Source: Oopsacas minuta (Eukaryota; Animalia; Porifera). From it: DNA of 64,000 nucleotides. The stretch lies in contig JAKMXF010000022.1 in NCBI GenBank assembly GCA_024704765.1, forward strand, positions 310,001-374,000, read 5' to 3'. Numbering within the stretch: position 1 is the stretch's first letter; every line of letters begins with the position of its first letter. Below, one piece after another: positions 49,975 through 59,955 of the stretch. Under the pieces are notes generated by a model. It had not been told where the DNA came from and did not search any database. It saw only the letters and a program-made list of their open reading frames with translations. A program made the position numbers and the translations under genes.

Positions 49975-51438
49975 ATGACAGAATCTACTAAACAAGAAAC
50001 AGTGAGTGTATTCAAAGCTCTTATGGGCGACGCAGCGAATAAACAATGCTTTGAATGCGGAGGAAAGAACCCAACTTGGGCCTCAGTAACTTACGGAGTT
50101 TTTCTCTGCATAGATTGTTCTGCAGTTCACCGCTCACTCGGTGTACACATAAGTTACATTAAATCAACACAGTTAGATCGCTGGACTTGGGACCGATTGA
50201 GATTGATGCAGGCTGGTGGCAATGCCAAAGCTAATGTATTCTTTCGCGAACACGGGATGTTACAAAATCAGGATATGAAGAAGAAATACCAGAGCAGAGC
50301 AGCAGAAATATATCGTAACAAATTAGCTGCTGAAGCTGCACAACCCAGAGAAGGAGCTAGTATGGGAACTGAAACACCAACTTCACCAGCTGAAGTTGAC
50401 TTTTTCGCTTCACAGTTGGATAATGCTACACCAGACACATCTTCTAATCAGCCTAGTGGCACACAAGAACCTGCTGTACAGACTGTAACTGCAATAAAGC
50501 CAACCTCACAAACTGGATATAGCTCTTCTATGATTGGTAAGAGAACTCCAGGAAAGAAAGGGAAAGGATTGGGAGGTCAGAAAATACGAGCTAATTTCTC
50601 AGATCTGGAGGATCAAGCCGCCACTCTAGAGTCTGCAAAAGAACGATCTGACAAAGTTATAACCTCAAAGCAAGAAATAGATCTATCTGAAGTATCCAAA
50701 GAATTCAATTCTAAGATCAAATTAGACTCACATAAAGCATCACAAGCAGAAAGATTAGGAATGGGAATAGGAATCGTAACTAACAGCACTGTTACATCTA
50801 AACCTGTATCCAGTTCCAAACAACAGCATTCTTCACATGGACATTCTATCTCTAATAATATGTCTTCAGTACACCAGATAACTCCATCATCAGGAATATC
50901 TCATCAACTCTACTCTTCTCCTCATGAAGATGAATCTTTCTTCTCAAACTATGGGATTACAAGCTACAGAGAGAACACAGATTTACCTACATATTCAAGT
51001 TCTCTTTCAAGCTATGAAAACATTGATAACAACTCTGGACTTGAGTTAGGAAAACATTCTATGTTCTCTTCTGAGAAGCCGAAACCTAAAGAGATAATAG
51101 AGCCAGTTATAAAACCACAAACGAAAAGTTATCAACCTCGAAGCAAACCTGTCCAAGTAAATGAGAATGAATGGAAAGAACAATACAAAGATGCGAATGC
51201 TATATCATCAGAAATGCTGTTTGGAAACAGGGATTCTAACGAGGATCAAACATCCGAATCTGGAGTTCAAAAGTTCAGGGGTTCAAATGCTATTTCTAGT
51301 GATGACTACTTTAACAAGCCTAAGCCACAGGAGAGCGAATCAATTGACATGTATCAAATCAAGGAGGGTATTTCAATGGTATCCACCAAGCTATCCTCTG
51401 TTGCCACCAACATGTACAAGAAAATGCAAACTATGTGA
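49975..51438 (+). CDS. ARFGAP2/3: ArfGAP2/3 (Glo3-type)
   Basis: [36 protein letters not shown]; [10 protein letters not shown]; AERLGMG; Glo3 repeats [11 protein letters not shown] and [10 protein letters not shown]. Confidence 0.95.
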   Translation: MTESTKQETVSVFKALMGDAANKQCFECGGKNPTWASVTYGVFLCIDCSAVHRSLGVHISYIKSTQLDRWTWDRLRLMQAGGNAKANVFFREHGMLQNQDMKKKYQSRAAEIYRNKLAAEAAQPREGASMGTETPTSPAEVDFFASQLDNATPDTSSNQPSGTQEPAVQTVTAIKPTSQTGYSSSMIGKRTPGKKGKGLGGQKIRANFSDLEDQAATLESAKERSDKVITSKQEIDLSEVSKEFNSKIKLDSHKASQAERLGMGIGIVTNSTVTSKPVSSSKQQHSSHGHSISNNMSSVHQITPSSGISHQLYSSPHEDESFFSNYGITSYRENTDLPTYSSSLSSYENIDNNSGLELGKHSMFSSEKPKPKEIIEPVIKPQTKSYQPRSKPVQVNENEWKEQYKDANAISSEMLFGNRDSNEDQTSESGVQKFRGSNAISSDDYFNKPKPQESESIDMYQIKEGISMVSTKLSSVATNMYKKMQTM

Positions 51439-51704
51439 TACATTTATTTCTAGCTTCATAGACCAACTAATAGTATAAATTTGTGACATTACATACTACT
51501 GACTACAGCTGTAATATTCTCCTCCCTCGCTAGTTTGCATTAAAATATAATTCTTATTCAAATTAGTTGTATTGTATTATTATAGGACTCAGTGTACTTT
51601 ATTATATTCAATCCATTTTTGTTTAATTTTGTTTTGATGGCTAATGATTAGTTTATTTGCTACGTATTTTGATTAGTTATTTTGTTTTATTCGGTAATCA
51701 TACA

Positions 51705-53097
51705 ATGGCTGGTATACTCTTTGAGGATATATTTCATGTCAAAGACTTGGACCGTGATGGGAAGAAGTTTGAAAGAGGTTTGTGCAGTGATTTGTGACGT
51801 GTTTCTTGTAATAATACTTTTAAATTCTATATTTTCTTGGCCAGATTGGTTTTACTCGTTGATTATGCAATCAATTCTTAGATGTATTCTAAATTGTTAT
51901 CACACAATTTGCCTTTAAGTAACCTTAAATTTCTAATTAATATTATTCGTGACCACGATACACATAAACAAGCGAAAAGCAGTCAAATACATTTCCTCCC
52001 ATTTCATATATCCTTTCAGGTGCTATTTTATTGGATGTTATCAATACATTTGTATTATGCTTCTAGTCATCTTGTTTTGGGGAGAAATGAACATTTAATG
52101 GTCATAACTAGCATATGTAAAAATGACTGGAATTTCCACTAGACTTATTGTACAGTAGACACTTAGCAACATTTGGTGAACTGTAATGAGTTTAACAGTT
52201 TGTGGATAACTGTAGAAATAAAATATCAAATTTCTTCTTAGCATACTAATTCTAATTCCAATCAAATCCAAACAATAATTGGATTCGATAAGTCAGAATA
52301 GGCAAAATTCCAAAAAACCATTTGTAATTAATATTACTCTGATATATCATTATACTCTGATATATCATTATACTCTGATATATCATTATACTCTGATATG
52401 TCATTATACTCTGATATGTCATTATACTCTGATATGTCATTATACTCTGATATGTCATTATACTCTGATATATCATTATACTCTGATATGTCATTATACT
52501 CTGATATGTCATTATACTCTGATATGTCATTATACTCTGATATTAGAAATTATGATTAATATCTTATACCTGTCTCTTATACACATCTCTTTTCAGATTA
52601 ACTGATCATTTTTAAAGTTTCTAGACTTTTTTGCGAGAGTGAGTCTTTCAAAATGGATTTAATATTGGATGTAAACACACAACTCTATCCAGTCGAAATA
52701 GGAGAGAAATTCCGTTTGTTGTTAGCTTCCACACTCAATGAAGATGGAACAGCTGATGATTATGATTATCAACCTGGAGCAAGTAATGCGCCTTCAAGAG
52801 CTGACCACTTTGAATACGTTATGTATGGAAAAGTATACAGACTTGAAAGTGAGGCTGGATCTTCTGAATCGAGCACATTGTCAGTTTGTAAAAGTTTTGT
52901 GAATATTTAGCATAAATCATAAAATAAAATTTTTAAAATATAAAACTACTCTGGCTCGCTTATAATTATTTGTATTTAGATCTGCTTTTGTATCCTATGG
53001 AGGACTGTTAATGAAAATTCACGGAGATGCTAACAATTTGCATGCAATTCAACCAGATACATACATCTATCTTCTCATGAAAAGATTAACTTATTAA
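51705..53097 (+). CDS. POLR2H: RNA polymerase I/II/III subunit RPB8. Exons 51705-51777, 52618-52879, 52980-53097
   Basis: [24 protein letters not shown]|[20 protein letters not shown]...[10 protein letters not shown]...[11 protein letters not shown]...YLLMKR. Confidence 0.97.
52335..52543. repeat. Minisatellite with an 18-bp unit TATACTCTGATAT(A/G)TCAT, about 11.5 copies, in POLR2H intron 1
   Basis: Directly visible tandem array with only an A/G variant position. Confidence 0.97.
52570..52588 (+). other. Exact Tn5 mosaic end / Nextera adapter sequence, probably an assembly artefact
   Basis: CTGTCTCTTATACACATCT matches the 19-bp mosaic end at 19/19 positions. Confidence 0.85.
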
Positions 53098-53322
53098 TGA
53101 ATTATATAATATTATTATTTCATTTGTATTAGCACTTTGTTGACATGATAGTGTTTAATTGGAGGCATGACAGCTTTTTAGATTCGCTGATCTGAGTCTA
53201 AATAACCTTTAACGTTCGTATATTTGTTCCAATATGATTTTAAATGTATAAATAAATTAAAGACCGTGAACTCGGCTTAATTGCGTTATTCCAGGAACAA
53301 ACTCGTGATTGCCCATTCGGGA

Positions 53323-53604
53323 TACAGTACATCCTCGCTAATCCGAACAACACTGTTCCCATTGCAAAATATTTCGTTCGGATTAGCGAAATGCATAGAA
53401 ACAATACTATAGGGTACATTTTTTCAAAAGTTGTATAAACAATGAAAAGGCTGCCAACTTGTGTAATATACAAATATGTATTTGTTCACAGTATTATTGC
53501 ACGTAATTATTTATCTTTGAATACTCTAAAACATTTTCTTAAGTTGTATAATATTTCGAACCTGTTCGGATTAACGAGGTTTGGATTAGCGAAGGTCTAC
53601 TGTA
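53323..53604. mobile_element. TA-flanked pogo/Tigger-type MITE, about 280 bp
   Basis: TA|CAGTACATCCTCGCTAATCCGAAC ... TTGGATTAGCGAAGGTCTACTG|TA; about 20 of 24 inverted positions match, with internal GTTCGGATTA subterminal repeats. Confidence 0.85.
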
Positions 53605-53967
53605 ATGCAAACATTTTGATTAATCGAACACTCACTATTATCAAACCGAACTTGTCTCTGAACGAACGCAACGAGTATGTGAAATCATTTTATTAGAAAT
53701 TTTATCAATGCAAGAGTTAAGCATTCATCTTTCCAACTATACGTGGAAATTAGCTAAATACTGAACATTCGCAGTTTCGGACAGCAATCGCAAGATTTCA
53801 AGCTCTTTGGGAACTAATATAACTTGCTCATTATCATTCTCAATACTTTTAATGAACATCACTCTGCTTACAATAAGTCATGCATAATAATTATTCAACA
53901 TAACCTCTATTCTAAATATATATACACACTGTTATAATACACATCATTAGCCTGTTGAATTGGCTTG

Positions 53968-54612
53968 CTAATGAGGCTCCCTTATCTCAGTTGGAATTGA
54001 CTGTAGTGTCTGTCCAAATAGGTCTTTAATTTTCACGTAGAAGATGCCATAATTGAAATCCTGTACTTCTTCAATTATCAGTTTTGAGCTCGTTTGTCCG
54101 TGTATTGGACGATCGTAGTCATCCATGTGATACCACTGAAATTTAGGTGCAACTCCTTCAACTGTTACGCTAAGCTCAGCTCTCTTACTTATGCCCGCAC
54201 TTACAGGAACTGGTTGACATATTATATTGAATATTGGCAGGTCATAAAACGGTTCTATCCTCTTTACCAATTTGTAAGGAGATTGTATGACCCTCTTCTC
54301 CTTCCATAGTCCTGCCTCAGCTGTTATCATTTCTCCAAGATTGTTCCTCACTTCCACACGATACTCACCAAAAGAAGCATTTGTTATCTTGTTAATTTCC
54401 AAGAAAGGACGGTATTCTTGCATCAATTGCCCTGAGGGATTATACCATCTATACCTGATAGACCCCGCCCCTGCAACTGCCAATGTGAATATAGCGTAAC
54501 CTCCTTCAATGTTGAACTGATTTTCTGGTTTTCTTACCCATTGTAAAGTTGTCTCAGGTTCTTTATAAAGTACTGGTATGTATCCTAACCGTGAGTGAGT
54601 TTTTGAGTACAT
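53968..54612 (-). CDS. Small protein of two cysteine-less I-set-like Ig domains
   Basis: KPENQ...G.AIFTLAVAG...RYRWY...LEI.....FGEYRVEVRN..G and QPVPV...AELSVTVEG..PKFQWY...IHGQTSSKLII..V....GIFYVKI. No signal peptide or TM helix is visible. Confidence 0.75.
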   Translation of the reverse strand: MYSKTHSRLGYIPVLYKEPETTLQWVRKPENQFNIEGGYAIFTLAVAGAGSIRYRWYNPSGQLMQEYRPFLEINKITNASFGEYRVEVRNNLGEMITAEAGLWKEKRVIQSPYKLVKRIEPFYDLPIFNIICQPVPVSAGISKRAELSVTVEGVAPKFQWYHMDDYDRPIHGQTSSKLIIEEVQDFNYGIFYVKIKDLFGQTLQSIPTEIREPH

Positions 54613-54940
54613 GCTGCTGTTTTCCTATGTGTTCAGAAGTGTATTTATTCAATTAATTTATTCTTGTATATATAGTAATGCTCTATGATAGAATTTGCAC
54701 GTTGTATATACTCTGGAGTCCGAGAACTACCCAACAATTATACCTTTCGAATATGGTTTATGAAATGAAACTGAATTGATTCATCCTATCCGCACGAGTT
54801 CTCTGCTGCTGGTAGTTAATAATTATAAGTGATCTACTTATAATTATACTTCAAATTGAAAGTGTCCAGAATATTATCTGATAATTATTTCTAATTAATT
54901 ATTGTTTTGAAGTAATTAGCTACAATTAACTGAGGTTATA

Positions 54941-55180
54941 ATGAGTGAATCAGGTAAGTTACCACCAAACGGTTCTCATCCCGATGAAAAGTCAGATGAA
55001 TTTTCTCAACTCAATGCTGAATTAGAACAGCTAGATAATGCTCTCTCAAAATTAGAAGATAATAGCAATGCTTTCAACGCAAATGCCATGTCTTTGTTAC
55101 TAGAAATAAAACAACTACGAGAAGAGAGTCAGTTAGAACAAGCTACTCCTGCAAAAGACACAGAGTCTAAATCAAAATAG
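54941..55180 (+). CDS. BBLN: Bublin / UPF0184 (C9orf16-like) small coiled-coil protein
   Basis: 79 aa, acidic; EFSQLNAELEQLDNALSKLEDNSNAFNANAMSLL follows the E-x3-N-x2-L-[DE]-Q-x4-L-x2-LE...LL pattern I recall for UPF0184. Confidence 0.65.
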   Translation: MSESGKLPPNGSHPDEKSDEFSQLNAELEQLDNALSKLEDNSNAFNANAMSLLLEIKQLREESQLEQATPAKDTESKSK

Positions 55181-56041
55181 AAATTTATATAGTATAGAAT
55201 AATTCACATGAATTTATCATCTCTATGTATTTGTATATGTATATTTAGTGTTGTTATTTATATATCTAGAAACATATGTTTCGCCTCAACATGATTTGTA
55301 TTGAATTCTCGTAACTGTAGATCCCTTAAACATCAAACTGGCCTGGAAAGTGATTGTACGTAGTAAGATTAATGATTACAAATTAATTGTCCGTAACAGA
55401 GTAATTGTGATTGTGCTTCTTAACAATAGGATGTAATAGCAATATAGGAGAAATTATTTTGTCTCATCGGTTTTTTTATCCAGAAAGCTTTGTATAATTT
55501 TATTTGTAATCCCCATATAAATAATAGGATATTTTGCCTTTCTTTTCAGTTTTTTCGTCTTATGAAGTTTATTAGGTGTCTGGGGGCACTTCTCTTGGAC
55601 ACGAAGTGTTCCCTGGCCACAACACGTAATCAAGCGAAGCGTGCTTGTATAATTGATTTGGTTTGCCAAATTTATAAATTCATTGATTTCATTTGCTAAA
55701 AGAATTTTTTAGGACTTTTTTCCAGAAGTTGCCAAAATAATATAACGCGTGGTTTCTCAAACTCTGATGAGACGGTGGCCACACCATGCTACACTGTAAT
55801 TATTAATCTAGAACAAGGCCACACCCAACTCGATTTTTTGTTCAAGTTTGGTCAAAGCAAAGATCAAACTCAAAATATGACCTGAAATTTCCATATGGCC
55901 AAGTTTGCTGCTTTGGTCATATGGCCACAGTCCGCAGGTTGAGTATAAACCATGAATTATAATTTTTCCAGAGGATAGATAATATTACATTCAACTCATT
56001 TTGATATTGCAACCATGAATAACAAAGTTTGTATTTATAGC

Positions 56042-58640
56042 ATGTACCGTCATAAGAGCAGCCCAGAATATGTTGACTTTGTGCGAGATTTAAACAGGCA
56101 TATGAATGAAGTACTCGACTCCAGTGACAAACAATTTCTAATCCACAGTTTGAAGCAATACTTCACATATAAGGATGTTGAGAAGTTTGCCCTCTCCTTA
56201 GAAAGTTGTCTTAACACTCCACGTAAGAGAGATCTGCTTTTGAAGATTAGAATTATAATCGCAAAACAGGATTTGATAAAGTTTGACACTCTCGCTCCTT
56301 ACAACCAGAAGCGTAGTCGTGACAGCAAACTATCTGGCAGAGGTCATCACTCCTATCCGAAGAGAACTCGTAGAAACCGTGCTGCAACAAGTTAGTATTA
56401 ATCTTGAATAATTTACCATTCCTGATCTAATCAATCTAGTTCAATTTAGCTTCAGTAGATCCTCCTAAAGACAGAGGCAGTGTACAATACGACAGTAGTC
56501 GTAAGGTACGAGTAGTTCGCATCCCTGGTTCAGAGGAGGAACTCGGATTCAATATTCGGGGAGGGAAAGACTTCGGAGTTGGAATCTACGTGAGTGCAAT
56601 TGAGAAGAGAATGTTAGCAGATAAATGCGGACTCAAGCCAGGTGATCAGATTCTAGAAGTGAATGGGATAGATTTCACTAACATACCGCACTCAACTGCA
56701 GTCAAGGTTGCTACTAGTTATGTCTATTCGAGGAGAAACTACGTATAAATGCTATAAACATTGTTCTTCGTAGGTACTGAAGTCACGTGGCAATCTCAAT
56801 TTGATGGTACAGCGAGTTGGTTTGATTCCCCGCGACAGATCTGGAGAGACTCACTTCATCTGGATAGACCCTCAGTCTGGCAAACCTATAAAAGGAAGCA
56901 CATCTGTAGAACCTGCGGAAGATAACGCTTATGAGCAGAAGAGTGATTTACAACTAATGACACGTTAGTATAATAATTCAATATTTTATCTGTACATATA
57001 TTATATTATATTATTATGTGTCGTTAGGTACTGATGAGCGTAAAGTTGTACTAAATGTCGCTGAGGATGGTAACATAGGGTTGAGTATTCGCGGGGGTCG
57101 TGAATACGGACTGGGTATATATCTGAGCATAGTAGATGAGAATTCTAGCGCACAGGACGCTGGCTTGAGGGTAGGAGATCAAATAATGAGAGTAAATAAT
57201 ATCTCATTTCATAATATATCACATGAGAGAGCAGTTCAAGTATTGAAGAGCTACACTCACTTGATGTTAACTATTCGTAATGTAGGTAGAATACCGCACA
57301 CATTCAAGCCCGCTAAACCCAGTTACGACAGTTCTACCTTCCCAAAATCTAGAAGCAAGAAGCAACGTCCCCCGCTCAACAACCTGCAGCAAAGAAACAC
57401 AGTAGATGGACTCAATCTTATATTCAAAAGTAGAGATGATTCTGAGAAAGAACACGATAAAACTGTATCTGTACAGGTATACATTATATAACTATATTGT
57501 TATAATAATCAATATGATCGTACTTCTTAAAAGGAGGAAGATCGTAGCAATTGGGAAACAAAGAGGAAGACAGCTACACACGTGGAACCTCCAGCTGTTT
57601 CTCGGGTAAAACGAACCCAGGAGTCAACTACAGGTGGTACCCCCCCCAGTCCCATGTTTACTCGATTTGTTGGAGGAATAACTACTCTATCTACTCAGGG
57701 TCTCTCTCAATCTCGTGAAATGTTGCTAGACAGGACCAGGAAGGCTGCTGGGGAATATATCCTCTCAGATGTAAAAGCTGCTATAAAAAAGTACGACGAG
57801 AATAAAGAGTTGGAGCCATTTGCTCGATTCTTCCGTGACATGGATGTGGTATGTGTAAATTTATTGTCTTAGATTGTAGCTCTGTTACTGAGTAATTTAC
57901 AAGTTTAAATTTGTTTTGTGTAATCTCAGTTTCCTGATAAGAAGTTGGTGATACAAGATGCTCGTTGTGTCCTAGAGCCGAGACATGTAGAGTTGTTTGA
58001 CAGAATAGTTGCTTATCGACCTGAGGGCACGGTTCTAAAGCCGAACAAGAGAGCATCCCTCACTGGTCCTCATAGTGGAGGTGGGTTTGTTAAGCCCGCT
58101 CCTAGAGAGAGACCTCCTCACGTGCACAAACTCCATCCCTCTCTACTCAGAGTATTCGAGAATGAAAACATAGCTGAAATGCTAGACCCTGCTAGTTATC
58201 CATTTCAGAGGGTAGCAGTAGAAGATAGGATCAGGACAAGGTATTCCTATACTACCAGTATAGGCATTAGGAATGTTACAGCTGCTTTGTAATTGTTTAG
58301 AGACTCCTTTCTGGCCATGCAGGAGCTGAATGCTGAGAGAGGAGAGGAACTACAACTAGGAGGTGTTAAGAAAGTCCTAGTTGAGATTTTCAAGAACTCC
58401 CCCATTCTAGGCCTGAGTATCAGTGGGGGATCTGACACACCTAATCCTGAGGTTATTATTGAGGAGGTTAAGCCTAGAGGAGCTGCTTACAGTGACGGAT
58501 TCCTGAAACCAGGTTTTGAGATTGTCAGTGTTAACTCTACTCCTTTGACAGGACATTCCCACAGAGAAGTGGTGGATATTATTAGTCGAGCTTTTGCAGA
58601 CTCTAAAGATACTATCGATATGGTTGTCATACCGAATTGA
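56042..58640 (+). CDS. WHRN: Whirlin/PDZD7-like scaffold (HHD-PDZ-PDZ-HHD-PDZ), multi-exon
   Basis: Harmonin-homology domain (LNTPRKRDLLLKIRIII); PDZ1 LGFNIRGGKDFGVGIYV; PDZ2 IGLSIRGGREYGLGIY; second HHD-like exon pair; PDZ3 LGLSISGGSD. The exons are phase-consistent. Confidence 0.82.
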
Positions 58641-58807
58641 TAGCAAACAGACCACTTATTCTATTTATACTTTACCCCTCAATGAAATATTTGTATTTTT
58701 ATACTCCTTCTATAGGAATTGAATGTTATTCTTTATACGTATTTATTCGTATAATATTTATTCGTATTTATAAGTTATTTATTAAATAATAATTGTTTGA
58801 ACATAAA

Positions 58808-59653
58808 TCAATTAATATTTTCTGTACTAACTGAAGAAGAATGTGCCTTCTTGCTGGGCGGGTGTAGAATATACCTTTGTGATACGGCTACAGGCTGACT
58901 GTATCCTCCTTCAAAATGGTGATCCTCGAATTTAACATTATATTCGTCATACACTGTTTTAGGCTGTGAATGCACTACTCCGGGATAGAAGCAAGTTGTA
59001 TGTGGGTATAGAGCTAGCACTGAATCTCCTAGTGTGTATAGAAGAGCTGGATTCTTGCTAGGTTCTACTTTCTGTAGAGGTAGAAACGCTATATGTCTGC
59101 GTTGTAAGTAATACATTGCATCTTCCCGTTCTATGTCCTGTACAGCATACCTAGCTGTGTAACCATTGAAACTCTGTATAACTCCTAGAATCCACTGAGA
59201 GCTTCCCTCACACGAGGAAATACGGGCAGCAACATGATCTCCTGTCCTTCCCTTATGCTTTTCATCAGGCTGTACATTTCCACAAAGGGCGGGAGCTTTG
59301 TCACTCTCTCCTCTCCACACGGGCAGTCTGTCTGCATGATCTCTCAGCAGAGCGAAGAGGGTACTCCTCCTGAAGGAGATCCCTACCTCTGCTAGATCCG
59401 AGCTACTCTCCTTGATTAGGAAATCAGCTTTATTTATAGCAGCCTCTGCATGTGTCAGCTGCTGGATTAAACTGTCTGCACATTCCTTTCTTCTCTCCCG
59501 TTGTTGTGAGCTGCTTATGTCCCTATCCCCTTTTTCCTTACCTGCTCTAGCATAATCTAACTGTTTATGACAAGCTATGTTCTCCTCCACCAGTTTCTGT
59601 ATTAGTTCATTCAGATCTCTAAGTGCCTCTGTTACGCTACTTGATCTCTCCAT
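58808..59653 (-). CDS. SGF29: SAGA-associated factor 29 (coiled coil plus tandem Tudor)
   Basis: LPVWRG...PALCG; GDHVAA...QWILG; VLALYPHTTCFYPGVV...YNVKFED...GYS...VSQRYIL. Confidence 0.93.
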   Translation of the reverse strand: MERSSSVTEALRDLNELIQKLVEENIACHKQLDYARAGKEKGDRDISSSQQRERRKECADSLIQQLTHAEAAINKADFLIKESSSDLAEVGISFRRSTLFALLRDHADRLPVWRGESDKAPALCGNVQPDEKHKGRTGDHVAARISSCEGSSQWILGVIQSFNGYTARYAVQDIEREDAMYYLQRRHIAFLPLQKVEPSKNPALLYTLGDSVLALYPHTTCFYPGVVHSQPKTVYDEYNVKFEDHHFEGGYSQPVAVSQRYILHPPSKKAHSSSVSTENIN

Positions 59654-59955
59654 TCTTGTAGATAAATTATCTGAAGCTAATTTGAGTTTCCCTTATTATT
59701 TGTAAGAGATATATCATGTGCTAAATTTTAATTTACATCATCTGGCACATACAACACAGTTAGAAATCAATGTACTTTGAAAATTCTTAAATGATTATCT
59801 GCTTTACTATTGAATTATGTTAGTTTAGTTATAACTATTCTGGTTATAGAATAGACAGACAATTCGTTAGTATAGTATTTGAATAAATGAACTGAATCAA
59901 CATTTACAGTAGTATTGTATTGCTAAGAAGATTTCTAGTCACCAAGACTTCTAGA

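Noticed and set aside
52252-52605. Repetitive ORFs (MTYQSI)n and (CHYTLI)n
   Set aside because: These are translations of the 18-bp minisatellite inside a POLR2H intron. The array is tandem with no spacers, so it is not CRISPR.
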